From an uncultured Gemmatimonadota bacterium (lineage in GTDB: Bacteria > GCA-2686955), in assembly GCA_964490075.1 (NCBI GenBank), contig CAZBBK010000044.1:1-45687 (forward strand): a DNA stretch of 45,687 bases, read 5' to 3'. A model generated the notes under the pieces. That model was given only the letters and a program-made list of their open reading frames with translations. It had not been told where the DNA came from and made no database searches. Position numbers and translations under genes: made by a program. Positions 1-10,341 of the stretch are shown one piece after another. Numbering within the stretch: the stretch's first letter is position 1; every line of letters begins with the position of its first letter.

Positions 1-87
1 GGCCCATGGCACCGCTCCACAGACCGGGCGTCCCTCTGGCCTCGTCTCGTCGCGGCCCCCCCCATCTCGCCGATCCGCCCCCCTATT

Positions 88-114
88 CGTCACTCCGGCG
101 AAAGCCGGAATCCA
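88..114. repeat. CGTC-type REP-like palindrome
   Basis: CGTCACTCCGGC-GAAA-GCCGGAATCCA: GC stem with GAAA loop preceded by CGTC, just downstream of the comM stop. Resembles CGTC-family REPs; only one copy in the window. Confidence 0.5.
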
Positions 115-147
115 CGCCTGCACGAGGGCCCAATCCACGCCCCCCCT

Positions 148-1713
148 TTATCGGGCGCGAATTCGATACGAGAGCGCCTCGTCCAGAGCCGCGGCGCGCA
201 GCGCTCCTTCGTGACCTCGCAGATCCTCGATGGTGCGCGCGACGCGCAGCACGCGCGCCTGGCCGCGGGCCGAAAGCATGCCGCGGGCCAGAGCGTGGCG
301 CAGCGCGTCGCGCGCGGGCGCGCTGATCCCGGGGCCGGCGGCCAGCGCGGAGGGGCCGAGATCGGAGTTCGCCGGACCGGCCCCGAAGGTCACGTTGCGC
401 GCCGTGGCGCGCGCCCGAGCCCTCACCACGCGCCGCCGCACCGCGGCCGAAGATTCGGCGCCGACCGGGCGATCGATGACGCTCAACAGGTGATCGGTGG
501 AGAGCGGGGAGAGCTCGACGGCGACGTCGATGCGGTCGAGCAAGGGGCCGGAGATCCTGGCCGAATAGGCGTAGATCTGGCGCTCGGTGCAGATGCAGCG
601 CCCGCCGGGGGTGCCGTGGAAGCCGCAAGGGCAGGGATTCAACGCCGCCACGAGCATGAACGAGGCCGGAAAGACCACCTTGTCTCGGGCCCGGGACAGC
701 TCGACGCGGCGATCCTCGAGCGGTTGCCGCAGCAGCTCCAGCACCGAGCGCCGGAACTCCGGAAGCTCGTCGAGGAAAAGCACGCCGCGGTGCGCCAGGG
801 TCACCTCGCCGGGCCGGATCGGCGCCCCTCCTCCCACCAAGCCCTGCTCGGAGATGGTGTGGTGGGGAGCTCGGAAGGGACGCTGCAGCACCAGCTCCTT
901 CGATGCGGCGCGCGACACGCTGCGCACCCGCGTGACCTCGATCGCTTCCTGCCGAGTCATCGCGGGCAGGATTCCCGCCAGGCAGCGAGCCAGCAGGGTC
1001 TTGCCGACTCCCGGGGGACCGATCATCAGGAGGTTGTGGGCACCGGCGGCGGCGATCTCCAGCGCCCGGCGCGCCGAGGCCTGCCCGTGCACCAGGCTCA
1101 GATCGTGACGCGGCGCCGCGCCGCCGCCCTTCGGCTCCGTGCGCGGCTCCTCGAAGGCCCGCGGCGGCGGCGCGAAGCCCTGGTCGCGGGCCTCTTCACC
1201 GGTCGGACAACCGGCGACGAGAAAGGCCTGGACCTGGTCGAGCCCGGTCGCGGCCAGCACGAAGAAGTCGTCGACCAGCCACGCCTCGGGGCCGTTGTCG
1301 GCCGGAACCACCAGGCAGCGCAGGCCCGCGCGCTTGGCCTGCATGGCCATCGAGAGCACTCCCGCGACCGGTCGCAGGCGCCCGTCGAGAGAGAGCTCGC
1401 CCACGAACGCGACCCCCCGCGGTTGCGGCACCCCGGCGTGCGCCACCAGCACCCCGACGGCAATCGGCAGATCGAAGGCGGAGCCGTCCTTGCGCCGGTC
1501 GGCGGGCGCCAGATTGATGGTGATCTTCACCTGGGGCCAGCCTGGGCCGCCGTGGTTGAGCGCCGAGGCGACCCGATCGCGGGCCTCGCGCACCGCCCCC
1601 TGCGGCAACCCGACGATCGTGGTGCCGGGCAGCCCGCCGGGGAAGTCGACCTCGACGTCGACCGGGTAGGCGTCGACGCCGTGGATTCCCATCGAGAGGA
1701 TCGATACGGCCAT
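148..1713 (-). CDS. comM: YifB/ComM family Mg-chelatase-like AAA+ ATPase
   Basis: N-terminal Lon-like domain (VDVEVD..GLP..AVREARDRV..INLAPAD.RKDGSAFDLPIA), Walker A GPPGVGKT, PFRAPHH, Walker B FLDELPEF, NPCPCG. Start moved to ATG 1713 (MAVSILS). Confidence 0.93.
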   Translation of the reverse strand: MAVSILSMGIHGVDAYPVDVEVDFPGGLPGTTIVGLPQGAVREARDRVASALNHGGPGWPQVKITINLAPADRRKDGSAFDLPIAVGVLVAHAGVPQPRGVAFVGELSLDGRLRPVAGVLSMAMQAKRAGLRCLVVPADNGPEAWLVDDFFVLAATGLDQVQAFLVAGCPTGEEARDQGFAPPPRAFEEPRTEPKGGGAAPRHDLSLVHGQASARRALEIAAAGAHNLLMIGPPGVGKTLLARCLAGILPAMTRQEAIEVTRVRSVSRAASKELVLQRPFRAPHHTISEQGLVGGGAPIRPGEVTLAHRGVLFLDELPEFRRSVLELLRQPLEDRRVELSRARDKVVFPASFMLVAALNPCPCGFHGTPGGRCICTERQIYAYSARISGPLLDRIDVAVELSPLSTDHLLSVIDRPVGAESSAAVRRRVVRARARATARNVTFGAGPANSDLGPSALAAGPGISAPARDALRHALARGMLSARGQARVLRVARTIEDLRGHEGALRAAALDEALSYRIRAR

Positions 1714-2007
1714 GCCGGCGGTGCATGCAACCGCCGTGCCTACCTGGATGCGCGCGGGATCCGACCCGCCCAGGACGGCCGCAAGTGTGCGTGGGGTCGC
1801 TCCCTTCTCCGCGCCGGCCGTGACGGCTCCAGATCTCTCTCGACCCCTGGCGGAACGATCCGGGTGACGACCGGTCGTCAAAAGGGCGCCTCGAAACACC
1901 AGGAATCGACCCCCGCGGGTCGCGATTCGACCCACGAGCAAAAAACGCGGGCGGAGAACACTCGAACAATGAGAAAATTGAAGCCCCATCAGGAAAGGAC
2001 CCCCCGA

Positions 2008-2451
2008 ATGAGCCTCGACGCGGGCCTCCTCTTCATCGTGACGCTGCTGCTCTGTGGAATCGCCTTCTTGCTGCTGACCACGCAGCGGGTTCTCTTCGGC
2101 CCTCTGGTCGACCTGCTCGACGAGCTGCGCCTGCTGCGCCGCACCCTGCTGCGCCCGGCCGTCACGGTGCAGGTGAAAGACGAGCGCTACCACCTCTCGA
2201 ACGACGGCAACTTGGCCGCGGAGCAGGTCCGACTCGAGGTCCAACGCGACGGCGAGTCGACCGACGCGGAGTTCACCACCGACGTCCTGCGCCCGGGCGA
2301 CTCGGTCGACACGGGAGTCGCATGCGCTGCGCCGGGGGTGCTCTGCCGGGTCCGCTACGGATCGATCAACCGCCATCACCACTACCGGACCGAGTACAAG
2401 GACGGGCGCAACGCGGTGCTCGAAGGGCATCGTTCCAACAGCCACGGGTAG
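2008..2451 (+). CDS. hypothetical protein with N-terminal membrane anchor (147 aa)
   Basis: AGGAAAGGA RBS before ATG 2008; hydrophobic N-terminal helix followed by a beta-rich soluble part. Confidence 0.7.
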   Translation: MSLDAGLLFIVTLLLCGIAFLLLTTQRVLFGPLVDLLDELRLLRRTLLRPAVTVQVKDERYHLSNDGNLAAEQVRLEVQRDGESTDAEFTTDVLRPGDSVDTGVACAAPGVLCRVRYGSINRHHHYRTEYKDGRNAVLEGHRSNSHG

Positions 2452-2527
2452 TTTTGCGGCGCAGGGCCGCGATCTCCGGATGACGTATCCTGAGGGTTGG
2501 ATGGACGCGGGGACGAGAGGACGCGTC

Positions 2528-3043
2528 ATGCGATTGGTCTTCTGCCTGCTGATCCCGATCTCGGCGATCGGCTGCTACACCGCTCTGAGTCCGCTCGACG
2601 CGGTCGAGGACGAAGAGATCCAGACCCTGCGTGTCGAACACCACCTGGTCGATCCCTGGTGGGCCTATCGTCCCGGCTACGGCTACCAGCCCTACGGCTA
2701 CGGATACCTCGGCGCCCTCTACCTCTACGATCCCTACTACAGCTACTACTACGGCGATCCCTGGTGGTACATCCCGCGCTACGACGATGAGGGCGACGAC
2801 CCTCGCGGGCCGGCCGTGGGAACGGTCGGCGACGCGCCCGCGCCGGCGCCGAGAGCGATCGGTCAGTCGGCTCCACCTCCCGCCACGGAGCCAAGCCCTC
2901 CGCCGCCGCAGCGGACCAAGAGACGGGTTCGGAAGGCGGACGACGAGAAGGCCGAGAGCGGTGATCGTTCCACGGTCGGCGACTCCAGGACGCCGCGCAG
3001 AGAGACGCGAAAGGCCGGCAGAGATCGCCCCGATGCGCGCTGA
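2528..3043 (+). CDS. putative lipoprotein with Tyr/Trp/Gly-rich segment and disordered Pro/Arg-rich tail
   Basis: MRLVFCLLIPISAIG-C lipobox-like signal; YRPGYGYQPYGYGY..YDPYYSYYYGDPWW; overlaps the start of the next gene. Confidence 0.7.
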   Translation: MRLVFCLLIPISAIGCYTALSPLDAVEDEEIQTLRVEHHLVDPWWAYRPGYGYQPYGYGYLGALYLYDPYYSYYYGDPWWYIPRYDDEGDDPRGPAVGTVGDAPAPAPRAIGQSAPPPATEPSPPPPQRTKRRVRKADDEKAESGDRSTVGDSRTPRRETRKAGRDRPDAR

Positions 3044-4352
3044 ATCGCCAGCACTGGTGGCCGCGGCCCTGCTGTCGATCGGCGCGGCGACCGCCCAGCA
3101 GGAGGTCGAGGTCGACACCGGCGAAATCGGCCTGACCCATCGACTCGCGCCGGCGCCCCGCGCCCTGGCGATGGGGGTCGAAGGGCTGGCCCTGGCCAGC
3201 GAGGGATCGACCCTGGTCCCGAACCCGGCCGGCTTGACGGCGATCCGCCGCTTCGAGCTCAGCGCCGCCCTGGCCGGCTCGGCCCACCGCGCCGAGAGCC
3301 GCTTCTTCGGCCGCGAAGCCGAGGACGAGGTGGTCGCGACCACCCTCTCCGAGGCCCATTTCGTGCTCCCGGTGCCAACCTACCGCGGCGGGCTGGCCTT
3401 CGCGGTCGGTTATCACGACGCACGCCCGGCCCTGCGCAGCTCGCTCTTCGACGGCTTCAATTCCTCCCGCACCGCCCTCGACGGATCTCCCGATCCGAGC
3501 CGCGAGCGCGAGCAGATCCACTGGCACGGCGGCCCGGCGGCCTTCGTGGCGGCCGCCGCCATCGATCTCTCACCACGCACCACGATCGGCTTCGCGCTCG
3601 ACATCTGGCGCGGCGAAGAGCGGCGCTCGCGGCGCTTCGAGCTCGGCTTCAGCGGCGACGACGCGCTCGACGCGCCGCCAGAGATCGTGCTCGAGGACGA
3701 CTACACGGTCGAGCATTCCGGCCTGCGGCCGCGCGCCGGGCTGATGATCCGCGCCGCCGCACCCTTGCGCATCGGGATCGCGGTCGAGGCGCCTTTCGAC
3801 CTGAAGCGAGTCGGCCACTTCGACGAGACCGAGACCTTGCTCGATCGCTCCGGCAACGAGCTCGCGCGCAGCTCGGCGCGGTTCGAGGTCGACGAGAAGA
3901 TCGGTCTGCCCTGGTCGATCGGCGTCGGCGCGGTGCTGCACCTCGGGCGCCTGGCGCTGCTCAGCGCCGACGGGCGCTGGACCGATCTGCCGCGCCTGGA
4001 GCACTCGGTGCGCGACAGCACCGGGGCCTACGCGCCGACCTGGCCCAGCCTGACCGACGAGCCCCCCTACCGCATGGGCCTCGAGGCCGGCGGCGGAGTG
4101 GAGGTGATCGTGCCGGGGACGGCGCTGCGAGCGAGGGCCGGCTACCGCTTCGTCCGGCCCCACTACCTGCGCGAGACGGCGCTCGACGGCCGCCATCGCT
4201 TGGCCGCGGGGCTCGGCTGGATCCTCGACGGTACGCTTTCGGTCGATCTGGCGGCGGCGCTCGAGACGACCGAGAGCGAGCAGTTCTCCGGCCGCTACTT
4301 CGAACGCTCCACGCGCACCCGACTGGCGCTCGGCACCGCTTACCGTTTCTGA
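3033..4352 (+). CDS. outer-membrane beta-barrel, FadL/OmpP1-like
   Basis: Signal peptide, 'PRALAMG...NPAGL' hatch motif, alternating beta strands, C-terminal YRF (BAM signal). Start at ATG 3033. Confidence 0.8.
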   Translation: MRAESPALVAAALLSIGAATAQQEVEVDTGEIGLTHRLAPAPRALAMGVEGLALASEGSTLVPNPAGLTAIRRFELSAALAGSAHRAESRFFGREAEDEVVATTLSEAHFVLPVPTYRGGLAFAVGYHDARPALRSSLFDGFNSSRTALDGSPDPSREREQIHWHGGPAAFVAAAAIDLSPRTTIGFALDIWRGEERRSRRFELGFSGDDALDAPPEIVLEDDYTVEHSGLRPRAGLMIRAAAPLRIGIAVEAPFDLKRVGHFDETETLLDRSGNELARSSARFEVDEKIGLPWSIGVGAVLHLGRLALLSADGRWTDLPRLEHSVRDSTGAYAPTWPSLTDEPPYRMGLEAGGGVEVIVPGTALRARAGYRFVRPHYLRETALDGRHRLAAGLGWILDGTLSVDLAAALETTESEQFSGRYFERSTRTRLALGTAYRF

Positions 4353-4394
4353 CCCGAGCGCCCCAACCCCGTCCCCCCAAGAAGAGAGCCCTCG

Positions 4395-5738
4395 ATGCGC
4401 GGAATCGCCCTGACCCCCGAGCTCGGCGCCGCCGACGCGATGATCATCAAGGATCCGGTTCACGGCCAGATCCGTCTCTCACGACTCCAGGAGGCGCTGA
4501 TCCAGACGGTCGAGGTGCAGCGCCTGAGCTTCATCCGCCAGCTCGGCATGAGCTTCCACGTCTACCCCGGCGCCCACTGCTCGCGCCTCAACCACTCGCT
4601 CGGGGTCTCCTACCTGGCCCGCATCCTGGCCGAGGTGCTGATCCGCGGCGATGCCGATCTCGACCTGGATCCGCTAGAGCGCGAGCGCCAGGTGCGCACC
4701 GTGGAGGCGGCGGGCCTCCTGCACGACGTCGGCCACACCCCCTGGTCCCATACTCTGGAGCCGCTCTACATCCAGCGCTTCGGCGAGGACCATATGGAGC
4801 TGGTCAAGCGTGTGCTGCTGGGTGAGACGGCGCTCGATCTTCCCGGCGCGGGGACCATTCCCGACATCCTGCGCGCCCACCACGTCGATCCGGCCCAGGT
4901 GGCGGCGCTGATCACCAAGGAATCCGATTCGCCGCGCTACCTGCAGCAGATCGTATTTGGCGAGGTCGACGCCGATCAGATGGACTATTTGTGTCGCGAC
5001 TTCCACTACACCGGCGTCACTTTCGGAAACATCGAGCTCTTCCGCCTGATCACCACCATGAAAATCGTCGGCGACGAAGTGGTGTTCCTGGCCAAGGGAC
5101 TGGAGGCGGTGCGCGACTTCCTGAACGCACGTATGGAGATGTACTCTTCGGTCTACCTGCACAAGAAAACTCGCATCGCCGACCAGATGTTGCTGCGGGC
5201 GGCGGAGCGTTCGATCGTGGAGGGGGGAGAGTTTCAGGACTTCTTTCTGATGAGCGACGACGAGCTCTTGTCGACGCTGCTGCACCGTTCGAGCGACCCC
5301 TATGTGCGCGACATGGCCCATCGCGTGAAGTATCGCCAGAGGCTGTTCAAGCGCGCCTTCCACATCGAGGCCGGCGAGGCGACCAGCGGCACCGGAGCGG
5401 AGTGGATGCAACGAATCCGCGAGCTGGGCGAGGAGGCCGCCGAGACCCGCACGCAGATCGAGGACCAGCTCTTGCGCGCAACCGGAATCGAGCGTGGCTA
5501 CCTCTTCGTCGACCTACCCGAGGTGGCGGTGCGAGTCTCCGAGGAACGCTTCCAGGAGCTCACGATCCGCTTCCTGCAGAAGAGCGGCGCGGTGGTCGAC
5601 CTGGCAACCATCGATCCGGCCTTCGCCGACTACGTGGCGCGCGCCAAGCCGACCCGGTCGCTGTTCAGCGTCTACTGCGAGGCGGACGATCGAGACAGGG
5701 TTTGCGCAGCGGTCGAGGCGCTGCTCAAGCGCCTGTGA
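4395..5738 (+). CDS. HD-domain phosphohydrolase (COG1078, SAMHD1-like dNTP triphosphohydrolase family)
   Basis: IKDPVHG, QRL..IRQLG, YPGA.CSR..HSLG, LLHDVGH.PWSH, DAD.MDYL.RD motifs. Confidence 0.9.
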   Translation: MRGIALTPELGAADAMIIKDPVHGQIRLSRLQEALIQTVEVQRLSFIRQLGMSFHVYPGAHCSRLNHSLGVSYLARILAEVLIRGDADLDLDPLERERQVRTVEAAGLLHDVGHTPWSHTLEPLYIQRFGEDHMELVKRVLLGETALDLPGAGTIPDILRAHHVDPAQVAALITKESDSPRYLQQIVFGEVDADQMDYLCRDFHYTGVTFGNIELFRLITTMKIVGDEVVFLAKGLEAVRDFLNARMEMYSSVYLHKKTRIADQMLLRAAERSIVEGGEFQDFFLMSDDELLSTLLHRSSDPYVRDMAHRVKYRQRLFKRAFHIEAGEATSGTGAEWMQRIRELGEEAAETRTQIEDQLLRATGIERGYLFVDLPEVAVRVSEERFQELTIRFLQKSGAVVDLATIDPAFADYVARAKPTRSLFSVYCEADDRDRVCAAVEALLKRL

Positions 5739-6456
5739 GCTCGCGGGCGCGCTGGAACATCCGCTTGGAATCGGCCACCTTGCCCTGCGATCGGTAGAGC
5801 ACACCGAGCAGGTTGTGGGCCCGGGCGTGGTTGGGGCTGGCCTTGATCACCCGCTCGAAGGAGTCGATCGCGCGCTCGACCTCGCCCAGGTGGTTGTAGG
5901 CCTGGCCCAGGTGCAGGTAGATCATCTCGTTGGCGCCGTTGATCTCGAGCGAGCGGCGGAAGTAGTGGACCGCCTCGCGGTAGAGCCCCTTCTGGAACTT
6001 GGCCATCCCGATGTTGTAGAGGATCTCCGGATCGTCGGGCCGGGCTTCGTGGGCCTGCATCAACGAGCTGATCGCGTCGTCGAAACGGCCGAGCGAGCCC
6101 AGGGCGGCGCCGGTATTGTGCAGCACCTCCCAGTTCTCGGGGCTGAGCTCGAGCGCCTGCTGGTACTCGCGCAGCGCCATCTCGTGGTCGCCGCGGGCGC
6201 CGAGCAGGCAGCCGAGGTTGTTGCGCGCCCGCAGATGCTGGGGATCGAGCTGCAGCAGGTCGCGGTAGAGATCGATCGCCTCGGCGCTGCACCCTGAGCG
6301 GCTGAGCTCTTTGGCCTCTTCGTACATCCGGGCGATGCGCGCCTTCTCCTCGTCGCTCAGAAGGCGCGGCGGCAGCGGGGTGGTATCGGGTCTGGGACGC
6401 ACCGCGGCGCGCAGGGCCTGGCGGATGTTCTGGACGCGCTCCATCAGCTTTCTCAC
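5725..6456 (-). CDS. tetratricopeptide repeat protein
   Basis: About 6 consecutive TPRs (ARNNLG, VLHNTG, ILYNIG, IYLHLG, AHNLLG). Start uncertain (GTG 6456 or nearby ATG). Confidence 0.88.
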   Translation of the reverse strand: MRKLMERVQNIRQALRAAVRPRPDTTPLPPRLLSDEEKARIARMYEEAKELSRSGCSAEAIDLYRDLLQLDPQHLRARNNLGCLLGARGDHEMALREYQQALELSPENWEVLHNTGAALGSLGRFDDAISSLMQAHEARPDDPEILYNIGMAKFQKGLYREAVHYFRRSLEINGANEMIYLHLGQAYNHLGEVERAIDSFERVIKASPNHARAHNLLGVLYRSQGKVADSKRMFQRARELTGA

Positions 6457-6495
6457 GCGGGGGAGCCTAGCATCTCGCGGCGGGCGGTCGGTTCC

Positions 6496-9129
6496 TCAGT
6501 CAACCCGCCCCCGCCATTCGTAGAGCAGATCGAGGGCTTGACGCGGCGTCAGATCGTCGGGATCGAGGGAGCGGATCTCGTCGATCAAGGGATCGGGCTC
6601 CGGCTCGGGGGGCGGCGAGAATAGGTCCAGCTGATCCTGGTCGATCCAGCCCCGCCGGCTGTCGCTGGCCGATTCGAGCCGCGCCAGGACCTGGCGCGCG
6701 CGGCGCAGCACCGGGCGTGGGATTCCGGCCATCCGCGCCACGTGGATTCCGTAGGAGCGATCGGCCACTCCGGCCTCGATGCGCCGCAGGAAGACCACAT
6801 CCTCGCCGCGCTCGCGCACTCGGGTGGTGAGGTTGGCGGCCAGGCGCAGCGATGCGGCCAGCTCGGTGAGCTCGTGGTAATGGGTTGCGAAGAGGGTGCG
6901 CGGACAGCCGCCGGGGCGATCGTGGAGCTGCTCGGTGATGGCCCAGGCCAGCGCCAGTCCGTCGTAGGTCGAGGTGCCGCGGCCGATCTCGTCGAGCAGC
7001 ACCAGAGAGCGCGGGCCGGCGTTGTGTAGGATGCTGGCGGTCTCGACCATCTCCACCAAAAAGGTGGAGCGACCACGCAGCAGATCGTCGGAGGTGCCGA
7101 CCCGGGTGAAGATCCGGTCGACGACACCGATGCGTGCGGCGCGGGCCGGGACGAAGGAGCCGACCTGGGCCAGCAGGACGATCAGCCCGACCTGCCTCAG
7201 GTAGGTCGACTTGCCCGCCATGTTCGGACCGGTGACCAGGAGCAGACGCTCTTCCTCGTCGAAAAGGGTGTCGTTGGGGACGAAAGCCTCGTCCATCTCA
7301 ATTGCGTCGAGCACCGGATGGCGCCCCTCTTCGATCTCGATGCGATCCTCGAGATCGACCAAAGGGCGGACGTAGTCGCGCTCGCGGGCAACCGCCGCCA
7401 GCGCCGAGAGCACGTCGCTCAGCGCAATGGCGGCGGCCAGGCTCTGCAGCGCCGCGATCCAGGCGCCGCAGGCGTCGAGCAGCTCCTCGAAGAGCCGCGT
7501 CTCGAGCGCGGCGGCGCGCTCTTCCGAATGCAGCAGCTTCTCCTCGAGCTCCTTCAGCTCGGGCGTGATGAATCGCTCCGCGGTGGCCATCGTCTGCTTG
7601 CGCAGGTAACGCTCCGGGACCAGGTGCAGGTTGGGGCGGGTGACTTCGATGAAGTAGCCGAACACCCGATTGAACTTCACCTTCAGGCTGACGATGCCGG
7701 TCTCGCGCAGCTCCCGCTCCTGCAGCTCGGCGATCCAGCCCTTGCCCTCGCGCCCGATGGTGCGCAGCTCGTCGAGCTCGGCGGAGAAGCCGTCGGCGAT
7801 CACGCCCGGATCGGTCGCCCGTGCCGGCGGCTCCGGAGCCAGGCCGCGCTCCAGGAGGGCGGCGAGCTGCGCACAATCGGGCACCGCCGCCCAGGCGTCG
7901 CGCAGGATCGGGCTGTCGAGAGACCCCAGGGCGGCGCGCAACTCCTCTTCCAGGCGCAGGGTCGCCCGCAGCGCCGCCAGGTCGCGGGGCGAGGCCCGGC
8001 GCACCGCCACGCGGGCGGCGATTCGCTCCAGGTCGGCGGTTTCGCGCAGCGTCACGACCGCCGCCTCGCCGGCTCCTTCGAAGAAGAGCTGCACGGCGAG
8101 CTGGCGGGCGTGGATGGGGGCCGGCTCGGTCAGGGGCTCGGTGAGCCAGGCGCGCAGCATGCGCGCTCCGGCGGCGGTTTGGGTGCGGTCGATGATCGAG
8201 AGCAGGGTGCCCTCGCTGCGACCCTCCTCGCCGCGCGCCGTGAGCTCCAGGTTGCGCCGGGTCTGGGCATCCAGCAGCATGGTGCCGCCGCGCCGCAGGC
8301 GGCGCAGGGCGGTGATGTGGGGCAGGGTGCTGCGGCGGCTCTCGCGCACGTAGGCCAGGGCGGCTCCGGCCGCGGCGATGCCCCGGTCGAGGTCGTCGAA
8401 GCCGAAGCCGGCCAGCGTGGCGGCATCGAAATGCATCCGCAGCGCCTCGCCGGCTCTCGCCGGCTCGAGCTCCCAGCCGTCGCGCCCGGTCAGCGGCACC
8501 CGCGCCAGCTCGCCCGGAAGGAAGGAGCGCAGCTCGTCGATGCGCTCGGCGTCGACCAGGATCTCCCCCGGAGCGATTCTGCCCAGCACGTCCTCGAGCT
8601 CGTCGAGGGCGACCTCGCCGGCGTAGAACTCGCCGGTGGAAAGATCGATGCGCGCCAGCCCGGCCACCCGCCGCCGGCCGCCCGCGCCCGGCAGCGCGAT
8701 CGCCACCAGGTAGTTGTTGCGCGCTCCGTCGAGCAGCTCGTCGCTCACCAGGGTGCCCGGCGTGATCACTTCGATCACCTCGCGCTTCACGATCCCCTTG
8801 GCCAGCTTCGGATCCTCGACCTGCTCGCAAACGGCGACCCGCAGGCCGGCCGCGACCAGCTTCTTGATGTAGCCGGTCGAGGCATGGTGGGGGAAGCCGG
8901 CCAGCGGAATCTCGCGCGCCTTGCCGTTGGCCCGCTTGGTGAGGGCCACCCCGAGCACCGGCGCGGCGACCACCGCATCGCGGCCGAACATCTCGTAGAA
9001 ATCGCCCATGCGGAAGAGCAGAATGTCGTCGGGATGACGCGCCTTGATGCGCCCGTATTGGCGCATCAACGGTGTCTCGCCACCGCTCTCCTTGCCCTTG
9101 CCGCGGCGTTTCGAGAGCGCTTCGGTCAC
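6496..9129 (-). CDS. mutS: DNA mismatch repair protein MutS
   Basis: TPLMRQY, FRMGDFYEMF, GPNMAGKSTYLRQ, STFLVEM, DEIGRGTSTYDG, FATHYHEL, SYGIHVA. Confidence 0.98.
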   Translation of the reverse strand: MTEALSKRRGKGKESGGETPLMRQYGRIKARHPDDILLFRMGDFYEMFGRDAVVAAPVLGVALTKRANGKAREIPLAGFPHHASTGYIKKLVAAGLRVAVCEQVEDPKLAKGIVKREVIEVITPGTLVSDELLDGARNNYLVAIALPGAGGRRRVAGLARIDLSTGEFYAGEVALDELEDVLGRIAPGEILVDAERIDELRSFLPGELARVPLTGRDGWELEPARAGEALRMHFDAATLAGFGFDDLDRGIAAAGAALAYVRESRRSTLPHITALRRLRRGGTMLLDAQTRRNLELTARGEEGRSEGTLLSIIDRTQTAAGARMLRAWLTEPLTEPAPIHARQLAVQLFFEGAGEAAVVTLRETADLERIAARVAVRRASPRDLAALRATLRLEEELRAALGSLDSPILRDAWAAVPDCAQLAALLERGLAPEPPARATDPGVIADGFSAELDELRTIGREGKGWIAELQERELRETGIVSLKVKFNRVFGYFIEVTRPNLHLVPERYLRKQTMATAERFITPELKELEEKLLHSEERAAALETRLFEELLDACGAWIAALQSLAAAIALSDVLSALAAVARERDYVRPLVDLEDRIEIEEGRHPVLDAIEMDEAFVPNDTLFDEEERLLLVTGPNMAGKSTYLRQVGLIVLLAQVGSFVPARAARIGVVDRIFTRVGTSDDLLRGRSTFLVEMVETASILHNAGPRSLVLLDEIGRGTSTYDGLALAWAITEQLHDRPGGCPRTLFATHYHELTELAASLRLAANLTTRVRERGEDVVFLRRIEAGVADRSYGIHVARMAGIPRPVLRRARQVLARLESASDSRRGWIDQDQLDLFSPPPEPEPDPLIDEIRSLDPDDLTPRQALDLLYEWRGRVD

Positions 9130-10316
9130 GGCTCGGTCCTGCGCACCGGCATGAAGTCGAGCCCGGTCGCGTCGGCCAGGTCGAGCCCTGCCGCGTAGGC
9201 CTCGTTGCGGTCGGCGTGGTGCCCCACCAGCACCTTGTAGAGCGGCTTTCCGCCCACCTGCGTGGTGGTCAGCTCGACCTCGTGGCCCTCGAGCTGGAGC
9301 CGGGAGCGCAGCGCGGTGGCCTTCGCCATCTCGGCGAAGGCGCCGACCTGCACCGCCCAGCGCCCGAGCTCGGCGGCCGGCAGCGGGGCGGGGGCATCCG
9401 CGCTCGAGTTGTCGGCGCTCGAGTCTCGAGCCCGAGGTGGATCGGCGGGGCGGTTCTGGGCCGGAGGATCGGCGGTCGGGCGCGGCGGATCGGGGGCCGT
9501 GGCGGGGGTGGTGGGAGCGCGGCGCAGCTCGTCCAGGGCCAGGCGCGCCTGGGCGTAGAGGCCGGGCGAGCGGGCGGCGACACGGCGGTAGAGCTCCGCG
9601 GCGGCGGCGGCGGCGCCCTGCGCTTGCTCGATGCGCGCCAGCGCGAAGAGGGCCACCGGAGCCGCCGCCGGGGGACCGTCGATCGCCCGGCGATAGGCGT
9701 CGGCCGCCTCGCGCGGCTGGCCGGCGGCCACGGCGGCATCGCCGGCACCGATCCAGAGCCAGGCCTCCTGCGAGGGCGAGGGATGCGCGGCCAGGCCGTC
9801 GGCAAAGGCGGCGGCGGCCCGCGTCGGCCGCTCCAGGGCCAGCTCGGTCAGGCCCAAGAGGTGAAAGGCCGCGGCCGACGCGCCGGGCCCGGGGTTCTTC
9901 TCGGCGAGCTCGCGCAGCGCCTCCAAGGCCCCCCAGTACTCACCCATCGCGAAGTGATAGCGGGCGATCTCGATCCGCGCGCCGGCCGCTTCCGGGGTGT
10001 CGGGCCAGTCCTCGATCAGCTCTTCGTAGAGCTGGCGCGCGCGCTCCGGGTCGGTGCTCAGGCCGGCGAGCTCGAAGAGCGCCGGCGCACGGTCGGAAGC
10101 GCCCCGCGGCGCCGAGCGGAGCGCGGCCTGGAGCAAGCGCTCGGCGGAGAGAGGATCGCCCGCCCCGGCCAGACGCCGCGCCTCGCGCACCTCGTCGTAG
10201 AGGGCTCCGATCGCGGGGTCCACGCCCCCCAGGAGCAGCGCCGCCAGCAGCAGCGCCACTGGCGGGGACCATGATCCGCTGCCCGATTCGCGAGTTGCCA
10301 TGCGCGTCTTGCCCAT
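9126..10316 (-). CDS. exported TPR protein with C-terminal SPOR peptidoglycan-binding domain
   Basis: Hydrophobic signal, TPR/BamD-like helices, Pro-rich linker, SPOR motif WAVQVGAF...LYKVLVG. GGAGG lies 7-8 nt before ATG 10316; the stop overlaps the mutS GTG. Confidence 0.82.
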   Translation of the reverse strand: MGKTRMATRESGSGSWSPPVALLLAALLLGGVDPAIGALYDEVREARRLAGAGDPLSAERLLQAALRSAPRGASDRAPALFELAGLSTDPERARQLYEELIEDWPDTPEAAGARIEIARYHFAMGEYWGALEALRELAEKNPGPGASAAAFHLLGLTELALERPTRAAAAFADGLAAHPSPSQEAWLWIGAGDAAVAAGQPREAADAYRRAIDGPPAAAPVALFALARIEQAQGAAAAAAELYRRVAARSPGLYAQARLALDELRRAPTTPATAPDPPRPTADPPAQNRPADPPRARDSSADNSSADAPAPLPAAELGRWAVQVGAFAEMAKATALRSRLQLEGHEVELTTTQVGGKPLYKVLVGHHADRNEAYAAGLDLADATGLDFMPVRRTEP

Positions 10317-10341
10317 GCTCATGCCTCCGTGCCGCGCATCC

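Noticed and set aside
148-1713. comM as an integration site for a mobile element
   Set aside because: The gene is intact with all motifs, and no integrase or att duplication is nearby.
211-2007. Long + strand ORF antisense to comM, and many similar long overlapping ORFs (e.g. 7318-9198, 13954-16113, 18664-20835, 28572-30200)
   Set aside because: Shadow ORFs caused by high GC and codon bias opposite well-supported genes; no recognisable motifs.
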